64,000 nucleotides of DNA, taken from NCBI GenBank assembly GCA_021778295.1, contig JAJYCP010000002.1:3027-67026 (forward strand), written 5' to 3'. The stretch's first letter is position 1, and every line of letters begins with the position of its first letter. This stretch comes from a bacterium. GTDB lineage: Bacteria > Patescibacteriota > Minisyncoccia > Phycocordibacterales > Phycocordibacteraceae. Both the position numbers and the translations under genes were made by a program. Positions 1 to 7,479 of the stretch are shown here, in pieces. The notes under the pieces were generated by a model. It was not told the DNA's origin, searched no databases, and saw nothing but the letters and a program-made list of their open reading frames with translations.

Positions 1-176
1 GTGTCTTCAACACTGTTGCCGAATTTCTCCTCCAATTCCATGAGTTCTTTCTGCACCTCCTGATACCTCTCGGCGGGATTCTTTTGCCCAAAACCCTCGC
101 GCCAGCGGAGTTCGGAAGCGCGAGCATCTGAAACGCGCATCTCGCGCGGTGACTTTCCCATGCGTTCCATAGACAT
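1..176 (-). CDS. hypothetical protein, N-terminal part only (runs off the window start)
   Basis: Absent from the ORF track because it has no stop in the window. The minus-strand frame from ATG at 176 reads MSMERMGKSPREMRVSDARASELRWREGFGQKNPAERYQEVQKELMELEEKFGNSVED with G/C-rich third positions. The alternative track ORF 7..303 is Arg-rich and overlaps a tRNA. The start is uncertain because the frame stays open upstream. Confidence 0.3.
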   Translation of the reverse strand, partial: MSMERMGKSPREMRVSDARASELRWREGFGQKNPAERYQEVQKELMELEEKFGNSVED

Positions 177-242
177 ACGCTTCGTATAGTAGTCGAGATG
201 CACGGGCAGTGCAATCACGGCGTTGTAGACGCATGGTTTTTC

Positions 243-318
243 TGGAGCCGGAGCTCGGGATTGAACCGAGGACCCCGTCATTACGAATGACGTGCTCTAC
301 CAACTGAGCTACTCCGGC
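243..318 (-). tRNA. tRNA-Thr (anticodon CGT), CCA encoded
   Basis: The reverse complement gives GCCGGAG-TAGCTCAGTTGGTAGAGC-ACGTCA-TTCGTAA-TGACG...GGTTCAATCC...CTCCGGC-T-CCA. This is a full cloverleaf with anticodon loop TT-CGT-AA. Confidence 0.9.
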
Positions 319-339
319 AAAGAGTGTCTAAGGAAATTA

Positions 340-795
340 TCATGACTTCTTCACTTGAGCTAGTAGCCGCCCTTCTAACGCTCGATTGCTTGCTATCCGA
401 GTCGGCCTTCCATTCCCTTTGTTTGAACCCGCATACGTCGGACTAAGCGCATCGCAATTGGGACACACAAGACGCAGATTCTCTTCAGCATTATTCCTCC
501 AGTTACCGTCGATGTGGTCGGCCACTAGCGGCACCACACCAGTCTTAACATTTGTCTCGGCCCATCCGCAGATACAGCACTTATTATTATATTTTCTGCG
601 CAGATAGCTCTTCACCGGGTCAGACACGACCCCTATTGAATTGAGTCCGGTCGTCTTCCCATTCCTCCAATTCTCGACATGCATCCGATGTTGAAACTCC
701 ATCTGGCACGCGTTACTGCAGTATGTATAGAACGCCCGTGCAGGTTCTTTCCCGCACACAGGACACATAGAGCGCGGCTTCTTTGGGTTCGACAT
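340..795 (-). CDS. HNH endonuclease (free-standing, homing-endonuclease-like)
   Basis: 151 aa with an N-terminal CPVC...C..C zinc-ribbon-like Cys pairs, plus CCICGW...ADHIDGNWRNNAEENLRLVCPNCD (H-N-H with flanking CxxC). Lies between two tRNA-Thr genes, and local GC looks lower than the surroundings. Confidence 0.8.
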   Translation of the reverse strand: MSNPKKPRSMCPVCGKEPARAFYTYCSNACQMEFQHRMHVENWRNGKTTGLNSIGVVSDPVKSYLRRKYNNKCCICGWAETNVKTGVVPLVADHIDGNWRNNAEENLRLVCPNCDALSPTYAGSNKGNGRPTRIASNRALEGRLLAQVKKS

Positions 796-905
796 TACTT
801 TACTTTATATTCTATCGAGTTGAAGACCGAAAAGAACTCTATTTCAGGTCGTATGTTGATAACTGAGTACCTATTGTACTCCGCCAGAACCTATTTCTCC
901 ACTTT

Positions 906-942
906 GGACTGACTTCGCACGCTTCGCGTGCGAAGTCAGTCC
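906..942. other. perfect 16-bp hairpin (GGACTGACTTCGCACG / CGTGCGAAGTCAGTCC, loop CTTCG)
   Basis: Read directly. It sits 4 nt downstream of the 3' end of the minus-strand tRNA-Thr(GGT). No U-tract follows on either strand, so it is not a canonical intrinsic terminator. Confidence 0.6.
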
Positions 943-946
943 AAAC

Positions 947-1022
947 TGGAGCCGAGAGTCGGGATTGAACCGACGACCTCATCCTTACCATGGATGTGCT
1001 CTACCAACTGAGCTATCTCGGC
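947..1022 (-). tRNA. tRNA-Thr (anticodon GGT), CCA encoded
   Basis: The reverse complement gives GCCGAGA-TAGCTCAGTTGGTAGAGC-ACATCC-ATGGTAA-GGATG...GGTTCAATCC...TCTCGGC-T-CCA. Confidence 0.9.
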
Positions 1023-1097
1023 TTAAGATACAAACGCATATTAGCCGAATTCACATATACTTTCAATTTATGTATAAAAACGTTATATACTCCCTCC

Positions 1098-1451
1098 ATG
1101 GAAGGTCTCACTCACTACGAGAAAGAGGAACGCCCGTGGGGGAATTTCGAGCGCTTCACGCTGAATGAAAAAACGACGGTAAAGATAGTGTCGGTCAACG
1201 CCAGCGAGTCTATCAGCCTGCAGACTCACGACCATCGCGACGAATTCTGGCATGTGATCAAAGGTTCCGGCGTGATGCGCATAGGAAACAAAGATAACGA
1301 TGCCAAAGAGGGCGATAATTTTTTTAGTCCGCGACACTCCGAACACCGCGTTACGGGCGGTCCAGGCGGGCTCGCTTTCCTTGAAATAGCATTCGGAGAT
1401 TTTGACGAAAATGACATCACCCGGCTGGAGGACCGGTACGGGCGCGCGTAG
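1098..1451 (+). CDS. cupin-domain protein (type II phosphomannose-isomerase C-terminal cupin-like)
   Basis: MEGLTHYEKEERPWGNFERF...SLQTHDHRDEFWHVIKGSG...G fits the cupin G-x5-H-x-H...E pattern. The start was moved to ATG 1098 because the track ORF 5' end overlaps the tRNA at 947..1022. Confidence 0.75.
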   Translation: MEGLTHYEKEERPWGNFERFTLNEKTTVKIVSVNASESISLQTHDHRDEFWHVIKGSGVMRIGNKDNDAKEGDNFFSPRHSEHRVTGGPGGLAFLEIAFGDFDENDITRLEDRYGRA

Positions 1452-1482
1452 TGTGGGTGCGTGGCCCCTGCGGGGCGTGCGC

Positions 1483-1503
1483 TTTGCGCGAGAGACGGGC
1501 TTG
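1483..1503. repeat. direct repeat of the tRNA-Asp 3' acceptor/T-stem segment
   Basis: TTTGCGCGAGAGACGGG(-)CTTG at 1483..1503 repeats 1659..1680, which is the 3' end of tRNA-Asp (minus strand). 17 of 17 nt are identical, followed by a 1-nt indel. Confidence 0.6.
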
Positions 1504-1662
1504 GTCAGGAGTAATTCGTTTGCCGTCGCAAACGAATTCTCACGACCCTGCCTCGCTAGGCTCGCTGCTGCTCGCCTATAGCTCCGGCGTTCAAGTCCCT
1601 TTCGGAGCTTCGCTCCGAACTCTCGCGCAAATGGAAAACGCCCCGAAGGGCGTCTCCGTTTG

Positions 1663-1736
1663 CGCGAGAGACGGGACTTGAACCCGCAACCTCCGCCGTG
1701 ACAGGGCGGCGCTCTAACCAGTTGAGCTACTCCCGC
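1663..1736 (-). tRNA. tRNA-Asp (anticodon GTC)
   Basis: The reverse complement gives GCGGGAG-TAGCTCAACTGGTTAGAGC-GCCGCC-CTGTCAC-GGCGG...GGTTCAAGTCC...CTCTCGC-G. CCA is not encoded. Confidence 0.9.
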
Positions 1737-1826
1737 AAGCGAGTGTTATCCTACCAAACTCCTTCCAAAATGTCGTGCGCGCAGAATCTTGCTCGTAGCT
1801 GAGTTGCTCACGACGGAATACTCCCG

Positions 1827-1903
1827 TGGTGCTGGCGGCAGGACTTGCACCTGCGACCTTAGGTTTATGAATCCTATGCTCTAACTGCCTGAGCTACGCC
1901 AGC
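1827..1903 (-). tRNA. tRNA with CAT anticodon (elongator Met or Ile2-type), CCA encoded
   Basis: The reverse complement gives GCTGGCG-TA-GCTC-AGGCAGTTA-GAGC-A-TAGGA-TTCATAA-ACCTA-AGGTC-GCAGG-TGCAAGT-CCTGC-CGCCAGC-A-CCA. The acceptor stem is fully paired, so it is not an initiator. Oddities are a T-loop reading TGC instead of TTC and an A31/A39 mismatch. Confidence 0.75.
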
Positions 1904-1952
1904 GGACGCACTCCACAGACACTAGCAAAAGCGCTCGTGAGAAACAATGCGC

Positions 1953-3737
1953 CTAATTCGCGCTCATGAAGCCGCCTGCCTGAATCTCCCATAGTTTTTT
2001 ATAAAGATTACTTTCCTGCGCAAGGAGTTCCCTATGCGAGCCGGAAAGGACGACCGCGCCCGCTTCCATCACAATGATGCGGTCCATTTTCATCACGGTC
2101 GACAAACGGTGCGCGATGGCAATGACGGTTTTGCCCTGCATAAGCCGCGTAAACGCATCTTGAATGAGCGACTCGGATTCGGAATCGAGACTCGATGTCG
2201 CCTCGTCAAGAACGAGAATCGGCGCGTTTTTGAGAATCGCCCGCGCGATCGCCACGCGCTGGCGCTCGCCGCCGGAAAGCTTTACGCCGCGTTCGCCGAC
2301 CATCGTCTCAAATCCTTCCGGATAGCGGCTGATAAACTCATCGCAGTGCGCTTGTCGCGCCGCTTCGAAAACTTCTTCGTCGGTCGCCCCTTGACGGCCA
2401 TAGCGGATGTTATCCATAAGCGAACGGTGAAAGAGCATCGGTTCTTGCGGAACGAACGCTATTGCAGCGCGCAGGCTCTCCTGAGTCACGCCGGCTATGT
2501 TCTGCCCGTCGATGCGGATGGCCCCGCTCGTAACATCGTACAGACGCAAGAGCAGTTTTGTGATGGTCGACTTCCCCGCACCGGAAGAACCGACCAGCGC
2601 CACTTTCTCATGCGGCGGTATGGAAAGGTCGAAATCAAGAAGCACCGCCTGATTGGCGTGATACTCGAAATGAACATGGTCAAAGACAATCGCTCCTTCG
2701 CCCACATGAAGAGGTTGCGCGCCCGCGACATCCTCAATTGCGTGCGACGTGTCGATAATATCGAGCATTTCAGTCGCATCGGCGAACGCGTCATAGAGCT
2801 GGCGCATGTTGCGCCCGATGCCCCAAATACGATTCATAAGGCCGAGAATGTAGATCTGGATAAGTACGAAATCTCCCACCGTCACGACACCCTGTTCCCA
2901 GAGCAGTACCGCGCCCGCAAGCAATGCCACCTCTATTCCGATGGCGAAAAGCCCCTGCACGCCGTAGACCCACGCATCGGCATCCCATGCGCGCTTTGTC
3001 GCCGCATACCAGCGTGCGACCGCGTCCCGAAACCGCATCTTCTCGTAGGGAGCGGCCGCGAAAGTGGTGATGGTCGAGTGGTTGAGCACCGTGTCGGAAA
3101 GGAAACCGGTTACCTTGCTATCTTCCTCGGTGCGCGCGGAGCGGAGCGGCTGGCGCCACAACACCATCCTGAACTGGATGTACACGAATGCGACCGTCCA
3201 TACGAAAAGCCCGGCGCCAAGCAGCACGCTCCGCGCCGAGAGTACGCCGATGACGCCGATTGCGAAAACAAAGGCGGGGAAAAAATTGAGCAGCAGGTTA
3301 TCGAGCACTTGTTCGAAGGAACGCGCGTAACGCGTTACGCGGCGCGTGAGCGTGCCGGTGAAGTTCGAAATGAAAAACTCATGCGCGTGGCCGAGCAGAT
3401 AACCGAAAGCGTTTTCATACAAATCGGCCATCACTTTCGCCTCCATGCGCCCGATCGAGAGCATGCGCACGCGTTGCCCGATCCACCCGACAAAATTTAC
3501 CGCAGCAAAAATGATGAGCACGACGAAAAGCGCTTGCACGGTGCCCGAAGAAGGCGTACCGCCGGAGAGCAGATCGATGAACTGCCGCAAATACAGCGGC
3601 GCGACGACCGCAGCCGCTTCAATACCGACTGTTGCGATGACCGCGATGCTTAAGGATTTCGGATAGACGAGTGCGGCTTTGCTGTATGCGCGCAACACAG
3701 GCCACACGCGTGCTGTTCTCTTCTTATCGGAAGGCAT
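1953..3737 (-). CDS. ABC transporter, fused permease/ATP-binding protein (MsbA/multidrug-exporter type)
   Basis: 594 aa. The N-terminal half is a six-helix type membrane domain. The C-terminal half carries Walker A GSSGAGKST, signature LSGGERQR and Walker B ILVLDEATS. Confidence 0.9.
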   Translation of the reverse strand: MPSDKKRTARVWPVLRAYSKAALVYPKSLSIAVIATVGIEAAAVVAPLYLRQFIDLLSGGTPSSGTVQALFVVLIIFAAVNFVGWIGQRVRMLSIGRMEAKVMADLYENAFGYLLGHAHEFFISNFTGTLTRRVTRYARSFEQVLDNLLLNFFPAFVFAIGVIGVLSARSVLLGAGLFVWTVAFVYIQFRMVLWRQPLRSARTEEDSKVTGFLSDTVLNHSTITTFAAAPYEKMRFRDAVARWYAATKRAWDADAWVYGVQGLFAIGIEVALLAGAVLLWEQGVVTVGDFVLIQIYILGLMNRIWGIGRNMRQLYDAFADATEMLDIIDTSHAIEDVAGAQPLHVGEGAIVFDHVHFEYHANQAVLLDFDLSIPPHEKVALVGSSGAGKSTITKLLLRLYDVTSGAIRIDGQNIAGVTQESLRAAIAFVPQEPMLFHRSLMDNIRYGRQGATDEEVFEAARQAHCDEFISRYPEGFETMVGERGVKLSGGERQRVAIARAILKNAPILVLDEATSSLDSESESLIQDAFTRLMQGKTVIAIAHRLSTVMKMDRIIVMEAGAVVLSGSHRELLAQESNLYKKLWEIQAGGFMSAN

Positions 3738-3779
3738 GGAAATGTCATGGTACCACTTTCGTCATGTTAAAGACGGGGT

Positions 3780-5288
3780 TCAGGCGAGACCGGGAAAATA
3801 ATCAGTCTTGATGGAGAAGCGAGAGACGCCGAGCGCGAGGAGCATGCGTTTTGTGCCCGACACCATGCCCGGCGGCCCGGAAAGATAAAAGAGACGTTCA
3901 CGATAATCGGGGATCTCGCGCGTAACGAGCGCCGCATCGATTGCCCCGGCATGCGCACCGGGCAGAAGAGGGGTTTCAGCTGTGAGCGCGTAGACGGTGC
4001 GCAAGCCCTCCCGCGCCGCCTGCGCGAAAACGTCCTGATATGCCACTTCGGGGGCGGTACGGCTCGCATAGAGCAATACCGCATCGCGCGATTCCCCGGA
4101 AGAAGAAAGATGCCGCGCCATGCTTGCAAACGGCGTTATTCCCACGCCGCCCGCAATAAATGCCAGTTTCTTCTTTTTGTCTTTCGGCAGAGTGAATTCT
4201 CCGGCAAGCGAGGAGGCGTGAATAATCCCTCCCCGCGGGAGGGCGCCGAGCGCGCGCTTGAACGCGCTTGGCGCTTCGTAGAAACGGACGCCGAGACGTA
4301 CGTTCTCGTCATGAGGCGCTGAGGCGATCGTGAAATAACGGCGATTGCCGCGGCTGTCGAACGGAACCTTTGCGAGCGTCCATTCCAGATACTGTCCGGG
4401 AGCGAAATCCAAACGGCGATCGGGCCGAAAGACAAATTCATAAATGCCGCGCGCAAGCTTGTGGCGCTCAATGAGCGTGAGCGTGTAACGCCTCTTCGGA
4501 CTCACTATATACGAGAACGCATTCCCGACGAGAAGCCCGAGCTCCGGCGAAAAATAAAATGAGCCCACATGGGCGGCGGGTGCGAAGAGCACGCCGACCA
4601 GTGCGCCGTAGACGATACGGTATCGCCGCGTCGGCGGCATGGTTAAAGGCTCGGTCAGCATCACAAACGCAAGGAAGAAAAATGCGGAGTGCAGGAGCGT
4701 TCCCTCAATTGCGATGAGAGGATTGAGCGACGTGAACGCGATGGTACCGAGCGCCGCGGCGCCAAAAGCGAGCACGAGATCGAAGCGACGCAGTTTGTAC
4801 ACGACGAGCACGCCGCCGAGGATGACGAGCGCCAAAAGCACGCTGTTCCCGCCGATCCACCAGGTTGCGGGAACTCCGAAGGCGAATGCCGAGAACACGG
4901 CGGCAAACGCCGCCGGGTTAAAGATGTGTTTCTTCTCAATCGAGAGAAGATACTTCGACGCCATCGCGACCGCGGCGATGGCTGCGAAAGCGGCAACACC
5001 GCCGGTACCGGTAATCGCAAGAGGTGAAAAGATGAGCGCGAGGATAAGCGCCGTAATGATGGCGGACTCGACATTGGTCGCCGCACCGAAAAATCGCGCA
5101 AGAATTTCATTGCTGATCCATGCCGCCGCAAGCAGCACACCAGTCGCATAAAGCAGGACAAGCGGCGCATACGGCAGCACACCGAGCGCGCCCAAAAGGA
5201 CTGCGGCGGCGAGAAGCGTGAGAAGGTAGTAGAGCACCAGCCGATACATCGTGGTGCGATCGATAAACGCTTTGAAGACCGCGATCAT
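3780..5288 (-). CDS. membrane oxidoreductase: RnfD/NqrB-like polytopic domain fused to an FNR-like FAD/NAD(P)-binding domain
   Basis: 502 aa. The N-terminal ~230 aa are multi-TM with a HIFNPAAF motif as in the NQR2/RnfD family. The C-terminal part has RRYFTIAS (FAD RxYS/T), GGVGITP (NAD(P) GGxGxxP) and SGPPGM. ATGA start/stop overlap with the upstream apbE. Confidence 0.7.
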   Translation of the reverse strand: MIAVFKAFIDRTTMYRLVLYYLLTLLAAAVLLGALGVLPYAPLVLLYATGVLLAAAWISNEILARFFGAATNVESAIITALILALIFSPLAITGTGGVAAFAAIAAVAMASKYLLSIEKKHIFNPAAFAAVFSAFAFGVPATWWIGGNSVLLALVILGGVLVVYKLRRFDLVLAFGAAALGTIAFTSLNPLIAIEGTLLHSAFFFLAFVMLTEPLTMPPTRRYRIVYGALVGVLFAPAAHVGSFYFSPELGLLVGNAFSYIVSPKRRYTLTLIERHKLARGIYEFVFRPDRRLDFAPGQYLEWTLAKVPFDSRGNRRYFTIASAPHDENVRLGVRFYEAPSAFKRALGALPRGGIIHASSLAGEFTLPKDKKKKLAFIAGGVGITPFASMARHLSSSGESRDAVLLYASRTAPEVAYQDVFAQAAREGLRTVYALTAETPLLPGAHAGAIDAALVTREIPDYRERLFYLSGPPGMVSGTKRMLLALGVSRFSIKTDYFPGLA

Positions 5289-6028
5289 GGCCTGGTAAGA
5301 GCGCCAAAACCGCTCGTCATGGTTGCGATGCCCTGTGCATCGATGACGTACCCCTCAAAACCAGGCAATGCTTCGACAAATGCGATGCCACCCTTCCCCA
5401 TCGCAAATGCCGCGGTCGCAAAACGATCCGCGTCGAGCACGTCGGGACCGATGACCGTCATGCTCACGATGTCGCGCAGCTCTTCCGCCGGCGCATGCGG
5501 GTTGTAAATGTGTGCGCCGCGAATGTAGGAGCCCGAGGTTGCGACGCCTTTACCGCGCGGATAGATGACTTTCACTATTTCATCGTGCGTGAACGGGTTC
5601 CTGATGCCGACACTCCACGCGCCGCCGTCCGGATTTTCCCCGCTCATTGCGATATCGCCGCCGGCGTTTACGAAAAAATGCTCGCACCCGCGCGCGGTGA
5701 GAAGTGTCGCGACATCGTGTATCGCCAACCCCTTTACGATGCCTGAGGGATCGATAGATCCGTCCGGACGACGGATATCGAAGTAGCCGTCGGTCTCCGA
5801 CTTCGTTCTTTCGGCAAGCGCGAGCACCTCGCGCATCGCTTCGCTCACATCCGCAGGCGCAATTTCGCCGCGGTTCATGCGGGAAACCTCGCTGTCATTT
5901 TTATACGGACTAAACCTCTCATCAACGGCGACCAGGTGCGCAAACGCTGCTTCAAGCGCATCCTGTGCGCTGTCGTGCGCGATTTCTATTTCTATGGGCA
6001 TGCCCATGATGAGGCGTGTCTCTCGCAT
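5285..6028 (-). CDS. apbE: FAD:protein FMN transferase (ApbE family), short form with no visible signal peptide
   Basis: 247 aa. IMGMPIEIEI..., FSPYKNDSEVSRMN, DGYFDIRRPDG.IDPSGIVKG and FFVNAGGDI are typical ApbE blocks. Confidence 0.85.
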   Translation of the reverse strand: MRETRLIMGMPIEIEIAHDSAQDALEAAFAHLVAVDERFSPYKNDSEVSRMNRGEIAPADVSEAMREVLALAERTKSETDGYFDIRRPDGSIDPSGIVKGLAIHDVATLLTARGCEHFFVNAGGDIAMSGENPDGGAWSVGIRNPFTHDEIVKVIYPRGKGVATSGSYIRGAHIYNPHAPAEELRDIVSMTVIGPDVLDADRFATAAFAMGKGGIAFVEALPGFEGYVIDAQGIATMTSGFGALTRP

Positions 6029-6034
6029 GCACGG

Positions 6035-6520
6035 CTAGCTTCGCGCTTTCCTAAGCGCTGAAGCGAGCGATTGCTGGAATGCCTGGCTCGTAAATGTCGC
6101 TCCGGAAATGCCGTTCACGTTTGCGCTTTGCGCAGAAATCGCCTCTTGGGTGAGCATCGGCATCACCTGTTCATTTATATAGGTCGAGGTTTGGTGGCCG
6201 TTTGGGAACAAGAGGAAGGAAACGTTGCTCAGAGCGCCGTTCTTAATCGTCGCTTGCACCTCCACCGGCCCGTAATACGCGTCTGCGATGCTCCCGGTAT
6301 AGGTACCATCCTTGTATCTACTCTGTGTGGCGACCGGCGCAGTCGACGGCGGCGGCGATGCGGCACCGCCTTGGGATGCGGATGGGATTGTCGTCCCGCC
6401 GCCGGCACCGGTGGCGTTTGTCGCTCCAAGAGCGGCGGGTGTGGTCACGCTCCCGGGGCGCAAAAACATGTACAAAACCGACGCCCCGACCAGGAATGAT
6501 GTTGCGAGAAGCTTTTTCAT
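6035..6520 (-). CDS. membrane-anchored FMN-binding domain protein (RnfG/NqrC-like flavinylation substrate)
   Basis: 161 aa with an N-terminal TM/signal (MKKLLATSFLVGASVLYMFL) and a low-complexity linker. The C-terminal FMN_bind domain carries the flavinylation-type motif GISGATFTS. Confidence 0.8.
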   Translation of the reverse strand: MKKLLATSFLVGASVLYMFLRPGSVTTPAALGATNATGAGGGTTIPSASQGGAASPPPSTAPVATQSRYKDGTYTGSIADAYYGPVEVQATIKNGALSNVSFLLFPNGHQTSTYINEQVMPMLTQEAISAQSANVNGISGATFTSQAFQQSLASALRKARS

Positions 6521-6656
6521 GAATATGACTATGTTGGTATATCTTTATTACTCCACACAGGGTACTTTCATTTCACATCGTTTGTTCTACTATGATACAT
6601 GTGTGTTCGGAAAGAAATATGAGTCTGCCGGTTACCACTCCATAACTCATTCCATT

Positions 6657-7142
6657 ATGCGTCCCCGAGAAGATCGTTCGTTTGCCGTTTTGCGTATCGT
6701 GTTCGGCTTCGTCTGGCTTATTGACGCGTATTTCAAGTGGAGTCCCGCATTTATCAACAATCTGACTTCGTATCTCACCGATGGAGCGCAAGGACAGGGT
6801 GCTCTGGTACAGGCCTGGATTAATCTTTGGGTGCAGGGGGTAAACGTTGAGCCTCATTTTTTCGCCATCACGGTTGCGGTCGCGGAAACGGCGATTGCGC
6901 TCGGCCTCATTTTTGGAGTTTTCAGTAAGATAACGATGACCGGCGGCATGCTGATGGCGCTTGTCATCTGGTCGACTGCCGAGGGATTTGGCGGCCCTTA
7001 CCAGCCGGGCTCGACCGATATCGGCGCGGCTATCATTTATTTCATCGTATTTGTCGCGCTCTGGCTCGGCAAGAGTTGGCGTTATTACAGCATCGACAAA
7101 CTGCTGCACGAAAAATACTCTTTCAGGATTGGGAGTTGGTAG
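6657..7142 (+). CDS. DoxX-like integral membrane protein
   Basis: MRPREDRSFAVLRIVFGFVWLIDAYFKW... with four predicted TM segments. The start was moved to ATG 6657, because the upstream part of track ORF 6312..7142 overlaps the opposite-strand FMN-binding gene. Confidence 0.55.
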   Translation: MRPREDRSFAVLRIVFGFVWLIDAYFKWSPAFINNLTSYLTDGAQGQGALVQAWINLWVQGVNVEPHFFAITVAVAETAIALGLIFGVFSKITMTGGMLMALVIWSTAEGFGGPYQPGSTDIGAAIIYFIVFVALWLGKSWRYYSIDKLLHEKYSFRIGSW

Positions 7143-7162
7143 CCGCTGATAGCGGGGCGTGC

Positions 7163-7178
7163 ATACCCATGGGGGTAT
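7163..7178. promoter_or_regulatory. candidate CsoR/CstR-type operator (inverted repeat ATACCC-ATGG-GGGTAT) overlapping a -10-like TATATGGTATGCT
   Basis: Perfect 6+6 inverted repeat around a G/C tract, 38 bp upstream of the CsoR-family gene start at 7216, immediately followed by a TATAT/TATGCT A/T box. Confidence 0.6.
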
Positions 7179-7215
7179 ATGGTATGCTGGGGTGAGTTAT
7201 TCCTAAACAGCACAT

Positions 7216-7476
7216 ATGCCTACCGATCTCATCGTTCGCTTGAACCGCATTGAAGGACAAGTACAGGCGCTTAGAAATGCGCTCGAGCGCGGCGTGACGG
7301 ACACTGACTGTGTACGAACGCTCTATCAGGTGAAAGCCGCCACAAACGCGCTCAAGCGCTTCGGCGAGGCGTTCACACACGAATATGCCAAGCGCTGCCT
7401 TGCAGAAAATACAGGCCGCGCGCGGCTTGCGCACCGTGTTGACGACATTATCAGCTCCGCCTTTGCTCTCTCGTAG
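7216..7476 (+). CDS. metal/persulfide-sensing transcriptional repressor, CsoR/RcnR/CstR (DUF156) family
   Basis: 86 aa. RLNRIEGQVQALRNALERG...DC..TLYQVKAATNALKRFGEAFTHEY..C is a typical helical-bundle CsoR-family sequence, with Cys at the sensing positions. Confidence 0.85.
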   Translation: MPTDLIVRLNRIEGQVQALRNALERGVTDTDCVRTLYQVKAATNALKRFGEAFTHEYAKRCLAENTGRARLAHRVDDIISSAFALS

Positions 7477-7479
7477 CGT

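Noticed and set aside
7-303. Track ORF 7..303 (-), 98 aa.
   Set aside because: It overlaps tRNA-Thr(CGT) at 243..318 and has an Arg-rich junk-like composition. A different frame on the same strand (1..176) looks more like coding sequence.
1541-1625. Possible tRNA-like gene on the plus strand between the cupin gene and tRNA-Asp (GGCGTTCAAGTCC string).
   Set aside because: No cloverleaf can be drawn. The region resolves into simple hairpins and is better explained as terminator or att-scar sequence.
2034-3653. Long antisense ORFs opposite real genes. Examples: 2034..3653 (+) opposite the ABC exporter, 17728..18873 and 19200..20000 (+) opposite ligA, 36831..37727 (-) opposite the SBP gene, 47541..47966 opposite the sigma factor, and 53181..54068 (+) opposite ndk.
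   Set aside because: These are typical GC-rich shadow ORFs. Their products are Arg/Ala/Pro-rich with no motifs, and each lies fully within a strongly supported gene on the other strand.
6312-6656. The long N-terminal extension of ORF 6312..7142, and similar 5' extensions of many track ORFs (e.g. 990, 13039, 14989, 20063, 20809, 22013, 45172, 48230, 56841).
   Set aside because: The extensions overlap neighbouring genes or tRNAs and have non-protein-like composition. Internal ATGs coincide with the beginning of conserved domains or signal peptides, so the starts were moved.
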